Shown piece after piece: positions 38,222 to 46,863 of a stretch of 64,000 nt of DNA. The notes under the pieces were generated by a model that did no database searches, had not been told where the DNA came from, and was given only the letters and a program-made list of their open reading frames with translations. Numbering within the stretch: position 1 is the first letter of the stretch; each line of letters starts with the position of its first letter. A program made the translations under genes and the position numbers. The DNA comes from an uncultured Nitrospirota bacterium (GTDB lineage Bacteria; CG2-30-53-67), in contig CAMYMF010000003.1 in assembly GCA_947259355.1 (NCBI GenBank), positions 25,085 through 89,084 on the forward strand. The letters are read 5' to 3'.

Positions 38222-40848
38222 GTGCGTCGAAGCCTGGCGTGTTCGCGCCGGGCCTGGATGTGGCGGGGGTTGATCTGGAGCGCGTCGGCGAAAGCCTCCA
38301 GCGCTTCCGCTTTGAAGCCGTAGCGCAGGTGGGCCTCTCCCAGGAACGCAAAGTAGTCGGCATTGGTTCCATCGGATGCAATGGCCGTCTCGATGAGGTG
38401 CACCGCCTGCCGATGATCCTTTTTCATACGGGCAACGGCGAGCCCGGTGTAGGCACTGTAATCCGGGTCGTCGGGCACCCGTTCGAGAGCCTTTTCGAAA
38501 AATGCTAGGGCGTCTCCGGCCCGCCCCGAGAAGAGCAGCTTCCGGCCGCGATCGAAAAACTCCTCCGCCTGAAGGATGTGCCCCACTTCGACATCCGGTT
38601 TGATATAGGCCTGATAATCATCTGCCGTACTCACGGCCCCCCGCTGCCGCAGGAAGTCGTCGTAAGCCATGCGGCTTTCGGCACGGGACAGCGTTTCGTA
38701 AGCGTCCTTGCCCAACAGAAATAGCTTTAGCTTTAGGTCCACCACGGACGGATCGCTGTCCTGGTAACTTTTGTCCGGATGGTAGCGTTTGGAGAACTTG
38801 TAGAACTGCCGCTTGATCTCACGCTCACTGGCCTTCGGGTCCAATTCCAGGACATCGTAATAGTTGCCCCGGCGGGCTTCGGCCAGTCTCTTTTCCAGTT
38901 CCTCAGTGGATTGCACTGTGGTAGCAGCCCGCGAGGGCTCCACCTGTCCCGTGATGAGGATGACGCCGAGACTCAGGAACCCGAAGAGAACCTTCAGCAC
39001 CTCGAGCCGATCGAGGCTGGTCAATGCGGCGATCTCGTCTATACTGTGGCGCCCGTTCACGCAACCAAGGATGCGCCGCTCGGGTTCGGTGAGATCGAGT
39101 TCGCTGCGGGGCAAGGGCGGCTGATTCACGGCTTCAAAGAGCACATCCCATGAACCGATGGCTGCCAGAATCTCCGCTTCCTCAAAATATCGCCACGTGC
39201 CCTCGAGGATCAACCGACCGGGCGAGAGGTTGAGCCGGATAATGTCAAAACCCGCAAGATCGGTCTCGTAGAAAAAGATTTTTCCCTGCCGCCACCCAAA
39301 GAGGCTGATGATGATATCCTCCACCTTCGCTTTGGTCAGCCAGATGAGATCATTGGGCGTCACATACCCCAGCTTGACCATGGCATTGCCCTGTTGGATG
39401 CCCTCCGTCTCCGCAAGTACCCGCACTGCGTCATACTGCTCCTCCGTGAGCTTGTCCCGCCGGCGCATGATGCTGCCGGTGCGATCGCTCTGCATGTTCG
39501 ACGTGGCATAAACGAGGGCCCCTTCCTTGACGTAGACCCGAAGGTCCATGGGGGGATGGAGCAGCTGCAGCACACCCGTCTGACGCTGCTTGATCAGATC
39601 GAGCACCACCTCCGAGAGGAAAGTGTCCGACACGTCCAGCACCAGCCGCCTTGTTTCCGGATCGAGGACCTCCCGGTGAACCGAGACCTCGCGATGGCGC
39701 AGCTTCGAGGTCTTTTCTCGGCCGGCTCTAATGATGCCCCGTTTGAAAAGGCGGTTCAGGGTGAGGCAGGCTTCCGTCTGGGGCAGTCCGCTGACATAGG
39801 TGATCTCCTTCGCGGTGCTCTTGCCGTCAATCCGGGACAGCACAAATCCTTCGGCCGCAGTCAACTCCTGGGCTTTATCGAACCGGAACCCTGGGTCTAT
39901 TTCCAGCAGCGCATTGGGTGAGCCCAGACAGTCGAGCAGCTCCTTCTGGATGGCTGCAACGGAGCGTGTCATGAACCGCGCGGCTTCTTTGTGCTCCGGC
40001 TGAATCTTCAGGACCCGGTCGAAAAAGGGGATGGCGTCGCCAAATCTCGCATTCTGATAGAAGGCCTTGCCCCGACTGAGGAGCCTTCTAAGATCATCTT
40101 CTTCGGTAATCTCGTGGGGCCCGCGCTCGCCGACGGCGTGCACGCGCCCATCCTGGTGGAGTTGGAAAAGCAAATTGCACGTGTCGAAATCGTTGAGCGG
40201 AGACTGATCGCAAATGTCCAAAATGCTGTTGCGGCCATTGATGAGGCGCAGGACGATTTTCTCGTCGTCTGTCCCGTGCCCGGAAGGCGCCTGCGCATCC
40301 CAGGAGAGGATGGTGTTCAGCGTGGGAAAGATCTCTCGAATCCGTTGCCACTCATCGACTCGCCGCAATCCCTCCATCAGGATGAAGTCCACCTTGATGG
40401 CAATGGGGATGGTGCGCAAACGCGGCAGTTTCTCCAGAAAGATAAATCGTCCGTCCCGCCAGGCAAAGAGATCGTAAATAATTTCTGTGGCCTGACGCTC
40501 CAGCGCGGTGATGAATTCCTGCGTGGTCAGATAACCCCGAGCCAGAAAGATGTCTCCGATGAGCTCCCCGCTCTCACGCTGCTGCTGGAGCCCCTCCTCA
40601 ACGATTTCAGCGGTCAGCTTGTCCATCCGGACGAGCAGCTCTCCAATCTTATCCTTGGGGTTGTTGGAGTTGGCGCCGATAATCACCCCTTTGCTGAAGA
40701 AGATGACCTTCTTGTCTCGCCCGCGCTCGAAAGTCAACGAGCCCGTCTTCTGCGCCAAACCTATCCACTGCAGCACGTCCGGCAAGGACATGACCTCCAG
40801 GTTGCCCCGAATGTTACTCGACATGCTCGACTCCCGAAACAGACACAT
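38218..40848 (-). CDS. Multidomain protein: two DUF4388 domains + DnaJ (J) domain + C-terminal TPR repeats
   Basis: 876 aa. DUF4388-like repeats at MSLPDVLQWIGLAQKTGSLTFER...GVIIGA and VLDLIKQRQTGVLQLL...GALVYA. J domain NYYDVLELDPKASEREIKRQFYKFSKRYHPDKS with an intact HPD. TPR-like C-terminus. The stop overlaps the dNK stop convergently. Confidence 0.7.
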   Translation of the reverse strand: MCLFRESSMSSNIRGNLEVMSLPDVLQWIGLAQKTGSLTFERGRDKKVIFFSKGVIIGANSNNPKDKIGELLVRMDKLTAEIVEEGLQQQRESGELIGDIFLARGYLTTQEFITALERQATEIIYDLFAWRDGRFIFLEKLPRLRTIPIAIKVDFILMEGLRRVDEWQRIREIFPTLNTILSWDAQAPSGHGTDDEKIVLRLINGRNSILDICDQSPLNDFDTCNLLFQLHQDGRVHAVGERGPHEITEEDDLRRLLSRGKAFYQNARFGDAIPFFDRVLKIQPEHKEAARFMTRSVAAIQKELLDCLGSPNALLEIDPGFRFDKAQELTAAEGFVLSRIDGKSTAKEITYVSGLPQTEACLTLNRLFKRGIIRAGREKTSKLRHREVSVHREVLDPETRRLVLDVSDTFLSEVVLDLIKQRQTGVLQLLHPPMDLRVYVKEGALVYATSNMQSDRTGSIMRRRDKLTEEQYDAVRVLAETEGIQQGNAMVKLGYVTPNDLIWLTKAKVEDIIISLFGWRQGKIFFYETDLAGFDIIRLNLSPGRLILEGTWRYFEEAEILAAIGSWDVLFEAVNQPPLPRSELDLTEPERRILGCVNGRHSIDEIAALTSLDRLEVLKVLFGFLSLGVILITGQVEPSRAATTVQSTEELEKRLAEARRGNYYDVLELDPKASEREIKRQFYKFSKRYHPDKSYQDSDPSVVDLKLKLFLLGKDAYETLSRAESRMAYDDFLRQRGAVSTADDYQAYIKPDVEVGHILQAEEFFDRGRKLLFSGRAGDALAFFEKALERVPDDPDYSAYTGLAVARMKKDHRQAVHLIETAIASDGTNADYFAFLGEAHLRYGFKAEALEAFADALQINPRHIQARREHARLRRT

Positions 40849-41593
40849 GGCCGCAGCCGGCGCCGGGAAGCTGCGGCAGGTAATCGGTACGGACGTTCAT
40901 GAGTGAGCGGAACAGGCTGTCTTTGAGCCCGGGGTTCTCGCGCTCCAGCTGGGCCAGCAGTTCCTTGATGCGCCGTCTTCGAGACCGCGGACCCCCTTCC
41001 TCACATGGTGCGGCCCGCACAGGCAAGGTCCGATCCCGGGCATACGCTTCCAGCCATTGCTCACGGCAATAGGTCAGCGGACGGATCAGAACGAGGCGCC
41101 CCCCGAAAAGGGGTTGGCGGGGCAGCATGGTGCTGATATTTCCTGCAAAGAACATATTGAGCAGACAGGTCTCGATCATGTCATCCAAGTGATGGCCGAA
41201 GGCTACCTTGACACAGCCCAACTCTCGAGCGGTGTCAAAGATCAGTTTCCGGCGGATCCTGGCACAATGAAAACAGCAGCTCTCCGGAAGGTCATCGGCA
41301 CCGCAAAGATCCTGACCGAGTTGGGTCTCCACGATACGGTACTCGTACCCCTGGTCTTGGAAATAGGTGCGCAGCACCCCCGCCTTGCTCTGGCAGGAGC
41401 CGAGATCGACATGAACCGGCACCAGGACATAGGACACCGGAGCTCTTTCGGCGTGGGCTCGGAGCAGGTCCAGAAGGCTCAGGCTGTCTTTACCCCCGGA
41501 AACGGCCACCAAGATCCGGTCTTGCGGATCGATCATGCCAAAGTCGCCCAGGGCTTCCCCCATTTTCCGCCGTACCCGGTGACTGGAATTCAT
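40814..41593 (-). CDS. ttcA: tRNA 2-thiocytidine biosynthesis protein TtcA-family PP-loop ATPase
   Basis: PP-loop ILVAVSGGKDSLSLLDLL; Fe-S Cys motifs CCFHCARIRR and IRPLTYCRE match TtcA. Start MNSSHRVRRK at 41593; the track ORF extends to 41878 with a Gly/Pro/Arg-rich non-coding-looking extension. Confidence 0.75.
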   Translation of the reverse strand: MNSSHRVRRKMGEALGDFGMIDPQDRILVAVSGGKDSLSLLDLLRAHAERAPVSYVLVPVHVDLGSCQSKAGVLRTYFQDQGYEYRIVETQLGQDLCGADDLPESCCFHCARIRRKLIFDTARELGCVKVAFGHHLDDMIETCLLNMFFAGNISTMLPRQPLFGGRLVLIRPLTYCREQWLEAYARDRTLPVRAAPCEEGGPRSRRRRIKELLAQLERENPGLKDSLFRSLMNVRTDYLPQLPGAGCGHVSVSGVEHVE

Positions 41594-41736
41594 ATGCCCC
41601 TTCTGGTTGAATAGCGCGCGCGCAGCACAAACGGCGCGGCTGCGGGCGTGGGGGGAGCCGTCCCTCAACGGGACCATCCCGTTCATCATCCCGGATTGGC
41701 GGCCTAAAGGGAGGAGCGGGGCCCCATGGAGGACCC

Positions 41737-43026
41737 TCAGGTACCGGAGAGTATCCGCTGTAGACGCCCCGTCGCCCAGACACGGGGCTCGATATTTCCC
41801 AGGACACCTTCCACCGCATCCACCTGGCCCCGGGCCGCCTCCTCGTCGGGGTAGGTCCCCAGAAAAAGACGATAACACTGCTTGCCCTGATAGACTTTCG
41901 GCAACACAAAGAAAGCTGTCGGGTTACCGAGCTTGTCAAATGTATACACCAGGGAGTCGGCCCGGCAATTGAGCGCGACTTCGATGAGATACGTGTCCGA
42001 AGGAAAAGCGTGGAAGCGCTCCTGCCACAGCGGCACCGCCCCATCCAGATCACCCAACTCAAAGTGTTTCAGTGCCCGGGCCTGTAGGTCAGCCACCGGC
42101 GGTACCGTCCGTTGTGGGCTCTCCGGAGCCTGCACTGCCACCTGGGCTTCCGTGGGCGCCGAAACTTCCGCGGGCACCGCCATGGCCAACGCGTCTTCTT
42201 CCCGCTGGGCAGGCCGCGCCATCACCGTCGTGCCCTCAACCTCTGCAAGAATTCTCGAGACCTCATCGAAGCGTTCCTCGATGTCTCGTCGCAGCCGTTC
42301 ATCCGACAGGGGCAGGGCCAGTGCTTCTTCGTAGTACTGCTTTTCTCGCCGCCGGTTGGCCATGGGATCCACCGGAGGCGCCGCATTCGCCCCCGTCTCG
42401 TGCAATGCGTCATGCCGACCGGCGAGTGGATAGGCCCCTTTCTTGGCCCCCACGGTAGCGCCGGCAAGACTCAGTAGGCGGGCCTTGGTGTTCGGCTCCC
42501 GGGCGTATTGCGCAGCCTTGGCAAAGCTCTCGGACGCCTCCTTCCAGAAGGAATTCTGCTCAAAAATAAGACCGATCTGATAATAGGCAAAAGACTTGTC
42601 GATGCTTTGCGTGTAAGGACGCATCCCCTCTTCCTGATCGGGGATGATCGGAATGAAATAAACCTGCAGGTCGTCACCACCCAGCACGCCGTGGGTCTCA
42701 CTCATGGCCAGAATCTCGAACCAGAGCCGAATGGCATCGTTGACGCGACCCCGGTCCCTATACATATCGGCCAGGGTCAGTCGATAGGCAAGATTTTCGG
42801 GATCCTTTCGACTCCGGCGCTCCAACAACTCAATGGCCAGAGCGGGATTCGTGGTGTAGGCGGCCCCGATGGCCTCGTAGGATGGGTAGTAGAAATACTT
42901 CAGCGGAAAGGCTGCACGGGCCGAATAGATCTGATCTTTGACCCGACTACACCCAAGAACCACCGACAGGGAAACCACGAGGACGCAGCATTTCAGGAGG
43001 CTCTCTGTCTTGCAGGATCGCTTCAT
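41737..43026 (-). CDS. Lipoprotein with TPR-like region and C-terminal SPOR (peptidoglycan-binding) domain
   Basis: Start MKRSCKTESLLKCCVLVVSLSVVLGCSRV (lipobox) at 43026. C-terminal FFVLPKVYQGKQCYRLFLGTYPDEEAARGQVDAVEG is SPOR-like. The track ORF extends to 43332. Confidence 0.6.
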   Translation of the reverse strand: MKRSCKTESLLKCCVLVVSLSVVLGCSRVKDQIYSARAAFPLKYFYYPSYEAIGAAYTTNPALAIELLERRSRKDPENLAYRLTLADMYRDRGRVNDAIRLWFEILAMSETHGVLGGDDLQVYFIPIIPDQEEGMRPYTQSIDKSFAYYQIGLIFEQNSFWKEASESFAKAAQYAREPNTKARLLSLAGATVGAKKGAYPLAGRHDALHETGANAAPPVDPMANRRREKQYYEEALALPLSDERLRRDIEERFDEVSRILAEVEGTTVMARPAQREEDALAMAVPAEVSAPTEAQVAVQAPESPQRTVPPVADLQARALKHFELGDLDGAVPLWQERFHAFPSDTYLIEVALNCRADSLVYTFDKLGNPTAFFVLPKVYQGKQCYRLFLGTYPDEEAARGQVDAVEGVLGNIEPRVWATGRLQRILSGT

Positions 43027-43188
43027 ACGCACAAACGCCGTCTGTTGTTCACACCTGAGAGGAAAATACAACAAAGGAGCGCCGGTTTCAAGACAAAAGG
43101 GGGCCGCGGCGGCGCGCAACGTAGAGCGCTGATGTAAGGTAACCCCGTCGGCTTGTTCCCTGGGCGCACAGTCGGTATAGTGGGTGGT

Positions 43189-43353
43189 ATGGATCCGTTG
43201 GCGAAAAGGCCGAAGAAGCGGCACCCCTGTCCGGAATGTGATGTCTGTCAATGGTGCAGCAGCGACCGTTGCAACCTCTGTCGTTGTACCGAGCCCAGAC
43301 GGAAGCGCAAAAAGGAAAAGAAGCCGCACCAACCTCTATTCCGATCGTACTGA
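43189..43353 (+). CDS. Candidate small Cys-rich basic protein (54 aa), speculative
   Basis: MDPLAKRPKKRHPCPECDVCQWCSSDRCNLCRCTEPRRKRKKEKKPHQPLFRSY: seven Cys in 20 residues, flanked by Lys/Arg-rich segments. Moderate GC3, weak RBS; the track ORF begins at a TTG at 43153. Confidence 0.2.
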   Translation: MDPLAKRPKKRHPCPECDVCQWCSSDRCNLCRCTEPRRKRKKEKKPHQPLFRSY

Positions 43354-43485
43354 CCCCGCCTGCCATTTCTCGAAAAACCAAAGGGATGGTCTTGGTTACA
43401 GAGAGTGACAAGATAAAGGAAAAAGATAACTGAGAGCTAAATAAAGCCAAAATTGAGAGAAAAATGGCAAATATTGAAAAATTAC

Positions 43486-43514
43486 TTGGCTAATCTTTGA
43501 TAATCTGGTATAAT
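43486..43514 (+). promoter_or_regulatory. Sigma70-like promoter TTGGCT-N17-TATAAT with tandem TAATCTGG repeat, in an AT-rich region
   Basis: -35 at 43486-43491, -10 at 43509-43514. The 8-mer TAATCTGG occurs twice 10 bp apart (43501-43508 and 43511-43518), overlapping the -10. The surrounding 43380-43520 is strongly AT-rich against the roughly 60% GC background. Confidence 0.45.
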
Positions 43515-43592
43515 CTGGGTGTCGTTGAATCGGAGAATGCACAGAGACTCCAACCCTTGATCCAGGCAGTCCAAGGAGCGCGAAAAGATACC

Positions 43593-44504
43593 ATGAAAAA
43601 ACCGTTTCGGCTTTTGGCAATGATTGTGGCGTTTCTCATGCTGCAGGCGCCTCCGTTCCAGGGGAGTGCTCCCGCAGAGGCTTCCGTGACCGCGGGCATC
43701 GACTATCGTGACGGCAGGATCAAAATCTCCGTTGACGAACGTCCTCTGGAGGACGTGGTTGAGGAGGTGGCCAGAAAAACGGGCGTACGCGTCATCGATA
43801 ATCATCCCTCGCGGGAAGCCGTGTCCATGCATCTCGACTACCTTCCCGTCGCAGCGAGCCTGCAGAGACTGCTGCAGGGAAGGGACTACGTCTTTTTCTA
43901 TCGGGCGGGCAAAGCCGGCGAGGAACCTATTCTCACGCAAGTGGTGGTCCTCCCGAAGACAGGGGGCCGGGTGACGGCAGGCCCGGCGGAAGAAGCGCCG
44001 GCGACAACCGCCGAAGCGGAGACCGAGTTTCAAGAGAGTAATTTCAGTAACGCCGGATTGGAGCAAATTCTGGAGGATGTGGGAACCCAGGAAATCGACA
44101 TTGAGAACACGATCACAAACGCGCTCCAACAGATCCATGAGATGGCGCCACTTCATACACCTGAGACGCGCCGGGAAGACTCCCAGCAGGCCCATGCGGG
44201 CAACCCCGTCGTGGGCGCGATGGTCCCCTACGGCAGTGTTCCTCCAGGAAGCGCATCCGGCACCGCAGCAACGGGTCCCGGAAACAGGTCCGCATCGCAG
44301 CAGGAGGCAAGCAGCCCAAGCAGTCTGACGGAAAACATTCAAAACACCGATTCGAGCAACCCGACCGACCCCAGCGAGTCGCCACCGGATGGCGATGGAC
44401 CCGCTGAGATCGACTTCGATCCTCTCGCGCAGTTCAGGCAACTCCTGGAGGACATCCAGGAGGCCGCACAAAACGTACCCGAAACAACGGACAATCCCCT
44501 GTAA
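43593..44504 (+). CDS. Secreted protein with N-terminal STN-like domain and acidic Ser/Pro/Thr-rich C-terminal tail
   Basis: Signal peptide MKKPFRLLAMIVAFLMLQAPPFQGSAPAEA (ATG 43593, GGAG 14 nt upstream). Domain IKISVDERPLEDVVEEVARKTGVRVIDN...VSMHLDYLPVAASLQRLLQGRDYVFFY. Low-complexity tail. The track ORF starts at 43497. Confidence 0.55.
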   Translation: MKKPFRLLAMIVAFLMLQAPPFQGSAPAEASVTAGIDYRDGRIKISVDERPLEDVVEEVARKTGVRVIDNHPSREAVSMHLDYLPVAASLQRLLQGRDYVFFYRAGKAGEEPILTQVVVLPKTGGRVTAGPAEEAPATTAEAETEFQESNFSNAGLEQILEDVGTQEIDIENTITNALQQIHEMAPLHTPETRREDSQQAHAGNPVVGAMVPYGSVPPGSASGTAATGPGNRSASQQEASSPSSLTENIQNTDSSNPTDPSESPPDGDGPAEIDFDPLAQFRQLLEDIQEAAQNVPETTDNPL

Positions 44505-44711
44505 GGAAATTAACGCGGGCGCAACCCATCCATCCACCGAAACCGAGAATGGCCCCACGAATCGACGGACCGGTCCGATCGGCTGCCCCAGGGTGCGTCA
44601 CAAAAGATCCTCCGGCGTCACCATGGTTTAATCATTGCCCAGTTCTCCTTCTGGCACCTGCCTGTGGCTTCGTCCACTATCTGGGCCTCTCATGACCATC
44701 GCCCGTGCCGC

Positions 44712-45803
44712 TTATGGGGAGAGTGCTTCAAACAATTGGAGAGAGTCGGCCACCACCTGATCCATATTGAGGTAGCGGTATTGGGCCAGGCGGCCTGTGA
44801 AAGAGACCTGTTTGAGCTTTTTTGCCTCCCGGTGGTATTTCCTGTAGAGGGCTTCGTTTTCCGCTTTCGGAATGGGATAATAGGGCTCACCCTCCGCGGT
44901 CGGATACTCCCGCACCAGGGTCGTTTGGGGATGTCTCTGCCCCGTCACATGCTTGATTTCCACAATGCGGGTGAAATCATAGTCGTTGGGGTAATTGACC
45001 TGAGAGACGGACTGGGCGAATTCTACGTCGCGGGTTTCGTGTTCAAACTGTAGCGAACGGTAGGGGAGTTCTCCGTACATGCCGTCAAAGAAGCGGTCAA
45101 TCGGACCGGTGTAGATGAGGTGATTGAAGTTCAGATCTTCCAGCACATCCCGATAATCCGTCTGAAGGAGCAGCCGGATGTTCGGATGGTCGATCATCCG
45201 GCGAAAGAGCCAGCTGTAACCGAATTTCGGCATGGCCTGATAGACGTCCCCGAAATAGCGCGGATCCCGATTGGTCCGGACCGGAATCCGTTTGCAGACA
45301 GATGGATCGAGTTCGCCCGGCCAGAGGTCCCACTGCTTCTTGGTGTAGTTCTTGAAGAACTTCTCATAGAGATCGCGACCCACCTGGCTCACGATCACAT
45401 CTTCCGAATTCTTGATCTGCTTTTTTCGACTCCGGATCTGCTTGAAATACCTTGCCAGGCCGGCGGAGTCGTAACGGGTCCCGAAGAGGGTGTTGACCGT
45501 ATCCAGGTTGATCGGAAAAGGAACGAGCTGCCCGTCGACGTATGCCAGAATACGATACTGCACAGGGTGCCAGGGGGTGAAGCCGGACAGGTAATTCCAG
45601 ACGACCTGATTGTTCGTGCGGAAATAGTGGGGACCGTACTTGTGCACGAGAATCCCGGACTCATTGTAGTAATCGTAGGCGTTGCCCCCGATGTGGTTCC
45701 GTTTCTCCACGATGAGGACCCGCCGATCACGCTGTGAGGCCAGTCTCTCGGCCAGCACACACCCCGCAAATCCGGCGCCCACAATCAGATAGTCGTATTT
45801 CAT
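44712..45803 (-). CDS. glf: UDP-galactopyranose mutase
   Basis: 363 aa. MKYDYLIVGAGFAGCVLAERLA FAD motif and conserved HKYGPHYFRTNN, YEKFFKNYTKKQW, YPNDYDFTRI blocks. Confidence 0.9.
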   Translation of the reverse strand: MKYDYLIVGAGFAGCVLAERLASQRDRRVLIVEKRNHIGGNAYDYYNESGILVHKYGPHYFRTNNQVVWNYLSGFTPWHPVQYRILAYVDGQLVPFPINLDTVNTLFGTRYDSAGLARYFKQIRSRKKQIKNSEDVIVSQVGRDLYEKFFKNYTKKQWDLWPGELDPSVCKRIPVRTNRDPRYFGDVYQAMPKFGYSWLFRRMIDHPNIRLLLQTDYRDVLEDLNFNHLIYTGPIDRFFDGMYGELPYRSLQFEHETRDVEFAQSVSQVNYPNDYDFTRIVEIKHVTGQRHPQTTLVREYPTAEGEPYYPIPKAENEALYRKYHREAKKLKQVSFTGRLAQYRYLNMDQVVADSLQLFEALSP

Positions 45804-46735
45804 TGGACGTTCTCTTCTTTCTGCTGCGACAGGGGATCGACGCTGGCCACCTCTTCCTTCTTCAGGGCATTCAACCCGAGCAGCAGAGCTGCTCGAAGCC
45901 CAAGGAGCAGGGCCGCTGCCAGACTGCGTGGATCGAGCCAGCCGAAGGTGTAGTGGCGGCGGTAGAAGCGGTGGGCACCGGTATGGAACTCCACGATCCT
46001 TGTGGGATTCTTTTTTCGATGGGGCTTGTTTTGCTCATGGTGAATGATCACCGCCTCCGGCACACAGTAAGCCAAGGCCCCCGTCGCTTGAATCCGTTTG
46101 CACCAGTCCGCATCGGACCAGTATCCAACATAGCGGCTGAAGCCTTCATCCAGGCCCCCGACGTCGTCCACGAGCCTGCGCCGCAGCAGGATGCATGCCG
46201 CCGAGACCATCTCCACCGGAAAGGGCGCTGCGCTCTGCAGATAGTGCCGGCTCAGATATCGATTGGAAAAGGGGTTGCCTGGAAAAAGGCGTGTGAGCAG
46301 GCTCTGGCGTCCGAAGAGACCGTTCATCGCTGACGGAAACTGTCGGGCCGTCTCCTGCACCTGGCCGTCCGCGTCATAGGTGCGGGGCACGACCAGACTC
46401 ACTTCAGGATGCGTATCGAGAAAGCGGGACAGGATGCCGATCGCGTTTCGGCGTAATTCCGTGTCGACGTCCAGCAGCAGGATCCGCTCTCCAGTTACGG
46501 CAGCGAGGCCTTGATTGACCGCACGAATGAATCCCGCATTGCCCGCATTGTGTATCAGGCGCACCCCGGGATAGGCAGCATGGAGTTTCTCAGCTGTGCC
46601 GTCGATCGACCCATTGTCCACCACCACAATTTCAGTGACGGGATGGTCCGAAGCCTCGATGGACCGCAGGCAGGTGTTCAGGTAGTGCCAGCCGTTGTAC
46701 GTGACGATGAGAGCCGATAGCGTGTTTGGAGTCAT
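45800..46735 (-). CDS. Glycosyltransferase family 2
   Basis: LSALIVTYNGWHYLNTCLRSI...IVVVDNGSIDGT...DVDTE (DxD). Paralogous to 49615..50550. Confidence 0.8.
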   Translation of the reverse strand: MTPNTLSALIVTYNGWHYLNTCLRSIEASDHPVTEIVVVDNGSIDGTAEKLHAAYPGVRLIHNAGNAGFIRAVNQGLAAVTGERILLLDVDTELRRNAIGILSRFLDTHPEVSLVVPRTYDADGQVQETARQFPSAMNGLFGRQSLLTRLFPGNPFSNRYLSRHYLQSAAPFPVEMVSAACILLRRRLVDDVGGLDEGFSRYVGYWSDADWCKRIQATGALAYCVPEAVIIHHEQNKPHRKKNPTRIVEFHTGAHRFYRRHYTFGWLDPRSLAAALLLGLRAALLLGLNALKKEEVASVDPLSQQKEENVQ

Positions 46736-46863
46736 GGTGTCACCTGCGGTATCTGGGGTTCATGGTTCAGGGGCACGCCGGACCGCGGGTCGGCCGGCCG
46801 TCATCTGGAAAGAGCTCTACTTGTCAGAAACGCATCTGCCGTTTTCCGCTCATCCACACAGAC

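Noticed and set aside
43482-44558. 358-aa minus-strand ORF antisense to the secreted STN-like protein gene
   Set aside because: Its composition is typical of antisense shadow in high-GC DNA. The plus-strand ORF has a signal peptide, RBS and promoter; the minus ORF has none.
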